DNA of 64,000 bases from an uncultured Gemmatimonadales bacterium (lineage in GTDB: Bacteria > Gemmatimonadota > Gemmatimonadetes > Longimicrobiales > RSA9), in NCBI GenBank assembly GCA_963708135.1, contig OY970192.1:2912001-2976000 (forward strand), in the 5' to 3' direction. The notes under the pieces are model-generated. The model saw only the letters and a list, made by a program, of their open reading frames with translations, ran no database searches and was not told the DNA's origin. The position numbers and the translations under genes were made by a program. Of the stretch, positions 60,790-64,000 are shown one piece after another (positions within the stretch are counted from its first letter, which is position 1; each line of letters starts with the position of its first letter).

Positions 60790-62229
60790 ATGCCCACGGA
60801 GGACCAGCTGAGCCAGACCGCCAGTGTCTCCGAGCGCCTGCGCGCCCATGCCCTGCTCGGGCGGGTCCCGCAGCGCGAGCTGGATTGGCTGGAGGCGCAC
60901 GGGACGCTCCGTCCGCTGAAGGCCGGCGAGTTCATGGTGCGCGCGGGGCAGGAGGTGGATGGGCTGTACATCGTGCTCTCGGGGCACGTTGCCATCCGCG
61001 TCGACCGGGCGTACGGCCGGCGCAAGGTCATGGAATGGCGTGCCGGGGAGGTTACTGGGACGCTGCCGTACTCGCGCCTGGGCGCCTCTCCCGGCGACGC
61101 GGTGGCGGAGGAGGACACGGACCTGTTCGTGGTGGCCCGCGAGGACGTGCCGGCGCTGACGCAGGCCTGTCCGGAGACCACCGCCAGTCTCGTCCACGTG
61201 ATGATCGACCGGGCACGCCGGTTCACGTCCTCGGACCTCCAGGACCAGAAAACGCTCGCGCTGGGCAGGGTGGCCGCCGGCCTGGCCCACGAGCTGAACA
61301 ACCCCGCGTCCGCGCTGGCGCGGAGCGTCACGGCGCTGCTCGACGCAATGGAGTCGAGCCGCAGCGCGGCGCGCGCCCTGGCCCGGCTGGGGCTGAGCGA
61401 GGCGGAGCTCTCGGCCATTGACCGCATCGAGGCGCTCGCGGCGTCCGGTGGAGCCCGGCCGTGGAGCCCGCTGGCACGCGCGGACCGCGAGGATGCGATC
61501 GCGCAGTGGCTCGACGATCCCGACCCGGACGGCGCGGCCGCGCTCGCCGATACGACCATCGAGCTGGATGAGTTGCGCGCCCTGGCCGCCGGCCTGGCCC
61601 CCGCAAAGCGCGCCGCCGCGCTCCGCTGGCTCGGCTCCCGCCTCACCGCCAACCGGATGGCGCTTGACATGGAAGAGGGGGCGGGCCGGATCCTCCACCT
61701 GGTCTCGGCCGTGAAGGCGTTCACCCACATGGATCGCGCCCTGAACCCCGAGCCGCTGGACGTACGCGCGGGCATCGAGCAGAGCCTCGCCCTGCTGCGC
61801 GAGAAGGCGACGGCATCGGGCGTCACGATCGAGGCCACTCTCCCCGCCGGCCTGCCTGCCGTGCCCGGCGTGGCGGGGGAGCTCAGCCAGGCATGGCACG
61901 CGCTCATCGACAATGCCATCGACGCCGCAGGCCGCGGCGGCACGGTCCGCCTCACGGCCGGGAAGGTGGACGGCGGCGTGACGGTCGAGGTCGAGGACGA
62001 TGGCGCGGGCATCCCCGAGGAGGTCCGCGCCCGGATCTTCGACCCCTTCTTCACCACGAAGCCCATGGGCCGCGGCGTGGGTCTCGGGCTGGAGCTGGTC
62101 CGCCGGGTCGTGGACCAGCACCGCGGCGAGATCGAGGTGGAGTCGAGCCCCGGGCGGACGGTCTTCCGCGTCACCCTCCCGGTGGCCGCCTCCGCGTCCG
62201 AGCCCGCCTCCGCGTCCGCGTCAGTGTAG
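60790..62229 (+). CDS. cNMP-binding-domain sensor histidine kinase
   Basis: N-terminal cNMP fold, AHELNNP, LIDNAIDA, DDGAGI, FDPFFTTK, GLGL. Confidence 0.92.
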   Translation: MPTEDQLSQTASVSERLRAHALLGRVPQRELDWLEAHGTLRPLKAGEFMVRAGQEVDGLYIVLSGHVAIRVDRAYGRRKVMEWRAGEVTGTLPYSRLGASPGDAVAEEDTDLFVVAREDVPALTQACPETTASLVHVMIDRARRFTSSDLQDQKTLALGRVAAGLAHELNNPASALARSVTALLDAMESSRSAARALARLGLSEAELSAIDRIEALAASGGARPWSPLARADREDAIAQWLDDPDPDGAAALADTTIELDELRALAAGLAPAKRAAALRWLGSRLTANRMALDMEEGAGRILHLVSAVKAFTHMDRALNPEPLDVRAGIEQSLALLREKATASGVTIEATLPAGLPAVPGVAGELSQAWHALIDNAIDAAGRGGTVRLTAGKVDGGVTVEVEDDGAGIPEEVRARIFDPFFTTKPMGRGVGLGLELVRRVVDQHRGEIEVESSPGRTVFRVTLPVAASASEPASASASV

Positions 62230-63258
62230 CGCCATGGCCACGGCCACGGAGGAGTCGAACGTGTTCCTCGAGGCGTCCGGGAGGCCGACCGCGTTCAGTG
62301 CGATGATGCCGTAGTGCTCGCCGCGGATGCGGTTGCCCGTGATCACGGTGCCGCGGATCGGGACCCTGGCGCTGAACAGGCTGATCCCCGCCGGTGCCTT
62401 GTCGGCGGGGTTCTCCAGGTCGGTGCCGTTGCCCTCGAGGATGTTGTCCGAGAAGACGTTGCCGTCCACGCTCTGCGCCCGGGCGTGGGCGTGGATCATC
62501 AGCCCCGCGAAGAAGTTCTTCGTGGACGTGTTCTGCGAGACGATGTTGCCCCAGGCCGCGGCACCCGGGCCCGCCGCAAGAACGCCGATCCCCGCGCCGC
62601 CGCTCTCGCTCACCGTGTTGTGCACGACGACGTTCCGGTAGACGCCCGCCACGCCCTCCGCGACCGCCGAGGTGGCCGTCGTATCGAGCCAGTGTGAAGC
62701 CAGCGTGATGCCGCAGTCATTCGGATTGTGGGCGACGATGTTGCCGGCGATGGTGTCGTCGGCCGTCGGCCCGTTCTCGTCCGTGAGCAGGATCCCGCCC
62801 AGGTTGTCGCGCACCGTGTTGCCACGCACGACCGACCCCGTCACGCTCTGCAGGTGGATGGCCTCGCCGCAGTCGGACTGGTGATGGATGCAGCGCGGGT
62901 GCTTCGGCCCGTACGCGTCGTTGCCGATGAGGACGTTGTTCTCGATCCGCACGCGCGAGGTCTGCAGCACGAAGATGCCCTCGAGCCCGGCGTTGCGGAT
63001 CGTGAAGCCGGACACCAGCGTCCCCGCGGCGGCGGGGCCGTGGACGAACACCCCGTTGGCAGGCGACGCCTGCCCCGCGGCACCGATCGTCGCGTAATGC
63101 CCGACCAGCGCCACGCGCTTGCTCACCCGCACCCCCTCGCGGTAGGTACCCGGGCCGAGCGAGACGATATCACCGGAGTCCGCGCGGTCCACGGCGTGGT
63201 TAATGGTCCGGCAGGGCGAGGCGACGCAGTCGCCTGCATCGGTGCCCCCCGGCCGCAC
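62221..63258 (-). CDS. Right-handed parallel beta-helix protein (NosD/DUF1565-like); 5' end uncertain
   Basis: PCRTINHAV..GDIVSLGPGTYRE and repeated N-x-I/V..N..GI turns; no signal peptide before an in-frame stop at 63313-63315. Confidence 0.75.
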   Translation of the reverse strand: MRPGGTDAGDCVASPCRTINHAVDRADSGDIVSLGPGTYREGVRVSKRVALVGHYATIGAAGQASPANGVFVHGPAAAGTLVSGFTIRNAGLEGIFVLQTSRVRIENNVLIGNDAYGPKHPRCIHHQSDCGEAIHLQSVTGSVVRGNTVRDNLGGILLTDENGPTADDTIAGNIVAHNPNDCGITLASHWLDTTATSAVAEGVAGVYRNVVVHNTVSESGGAGIGVLAAGPGAAAWGNIVSQNTSTKNFFAGLMIHAHARAQSVDGNVFSDNILEGNGTDLENPADKAPAGISLFSARVPIRGTVITGNRIRGEHYGIIALNAVGLPDASRNTFDSSVAVAMALH

Positions 63259-63502
63259 GAATCGGACGACCGGCGCGGCCGGGCGGATCCGGGCCGAAGA
63301 ACCGGGGCGAAGCTAAAGCCCGCCCGCTCGAATCCGCCAGGTCCAGAAGGGCACCGATCTCGCGCCGTCGGATGCCGCCGGATACCGCCGGACGCCGCCG
63401 GATCGAAATCGCCTCCGCCTCGAAACGGATCCCGCAGGGTACTGCCTGCGGGCCGTTTCGGAGCGGAGGCGTCCGGAGGGATCCTCCGCGGAGCGGCGAT
63501 CC

Positions 63503-64000
63503 CTACTGCGCGCTCGCGGCGGTGATGACGAAGTTGGTCGAGTCTGCGGCGCCGCTGACCAGATCGATCGAGACGGGCGGCACCGGATCGTACGTGACGT
63601 TGACGCCCGCGGGCGTCACGAGGTTGAGCGAGTAGCTCCCGGCGGCCAGGCCCGGGAACGAAGCCGTGAACGTGCCGTCGCTGTCACTGTCGGCGAACGC
63701 CACCTGGATCGCCGTCCCTCCATCCGGCGTCAGCTCGGCCATGAACTGCGAGAGCGTGACCGCGGCCGGTGGCGTGCCGATGGACGGCAGCGTGACGCCC
63801 GAGCCGAGCTTCAGCGTCGCCGTGACCGAGGCGGGGAGTGCCGCGGACGCGAGCGTGACCGTCTCCGTCGTGGTCTCGCGCTCCGCCACCGTCACGGTCA
63901 CGGGGAGCTCGGGCGAGAATGTCACGAGCAGGCCGTTGGGGCCCGTGAAGGACAGGCTGTAGTCGCCGGGCGTGAGCCCCTTGAACAGCGCCTCGTAGAT
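63503..64000 (-). CDS. C-terminal part of an Ig-like/carboxypeptidase-regulatory-domain protein (starts beyond window)
   Basis: Repeated F.GL.PG.YSL beta-sandwich motif (FKGLTPGDYSL, FPGLAAGSYSL). Confidence 0.6.
   Translation of the reverse strand: MYEALFKGLTPGDYSLSFTGPNGLLVTFSPELPVTVTVAERETTTETVTLASAALPASVTATLKLGSGVTLPSIGTPPAAVTLSQFMAELTPDGGTAIQVAFADSDSDGTFTASFPGLAAGSYSLNLVTPAGVNVTYDPVPPVSIDLVSGAADSTNFVITAASAQ

Noticed and set aside
62221..63258. nosD of a nitrous oxide reductase cluster
   Set aside because: Only the generic beta-helix fold is shared; no nosZ/F/Y/L nearby.

Overview
Very high-GC bacterial chromosomal window. The gene content (SusC/SusD pair, orphan duplicated ABC permease, TolB-N/TPR membrane proteins, tricorn protease) suggests Gemmatimonadota; this is an inference, not a measured assignment. 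In order it carries: the end of a SusC/SusD locus; a PAS/GAF histidine kinase; an Rrf2-nirK unit; a ROK/MFS/SIS sugar unit; an ArsR-TolC-MFP-RND-PII-like-DUF2892 operon divergent from an exported tandem rhodanese and OsmC; PAP2; a frameshifted MFS/spermidine-synthase fusion; tricorn protease with an IS630-family element inserted at its stop codon; an MhqR-like MarR plus yceI with matching operators; two TolB-N/TPR genes; a mono-haem cytochrome/small subunit/GMC flavoprotein operon; a form II cox (AYRGAGR) molybdo-hydroxylase cluster; ArsR-SRPBCC; TonB; a CPBP protease; a Cys-rich regulator divergent from DUF4142 and a di-haem cytochrome; an APC permease; a cNMP histidine kinase; and a beta-helix protein. 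The least explained structure is non-coding: (i) four intergenic cassettes with G-tract left arms and complementary C-tract right arms, some with tandemly amplified ends; (ii) a 15-bp tandem-repeat family at three loci, two of which bracket the cox cluster; (iii) repeated local C-rich to G-rich skew switches at intergenic points. No rRNA, tRNA or CRISPR array was seen. All family calls come from motif recognition by eye; no database searches were run.
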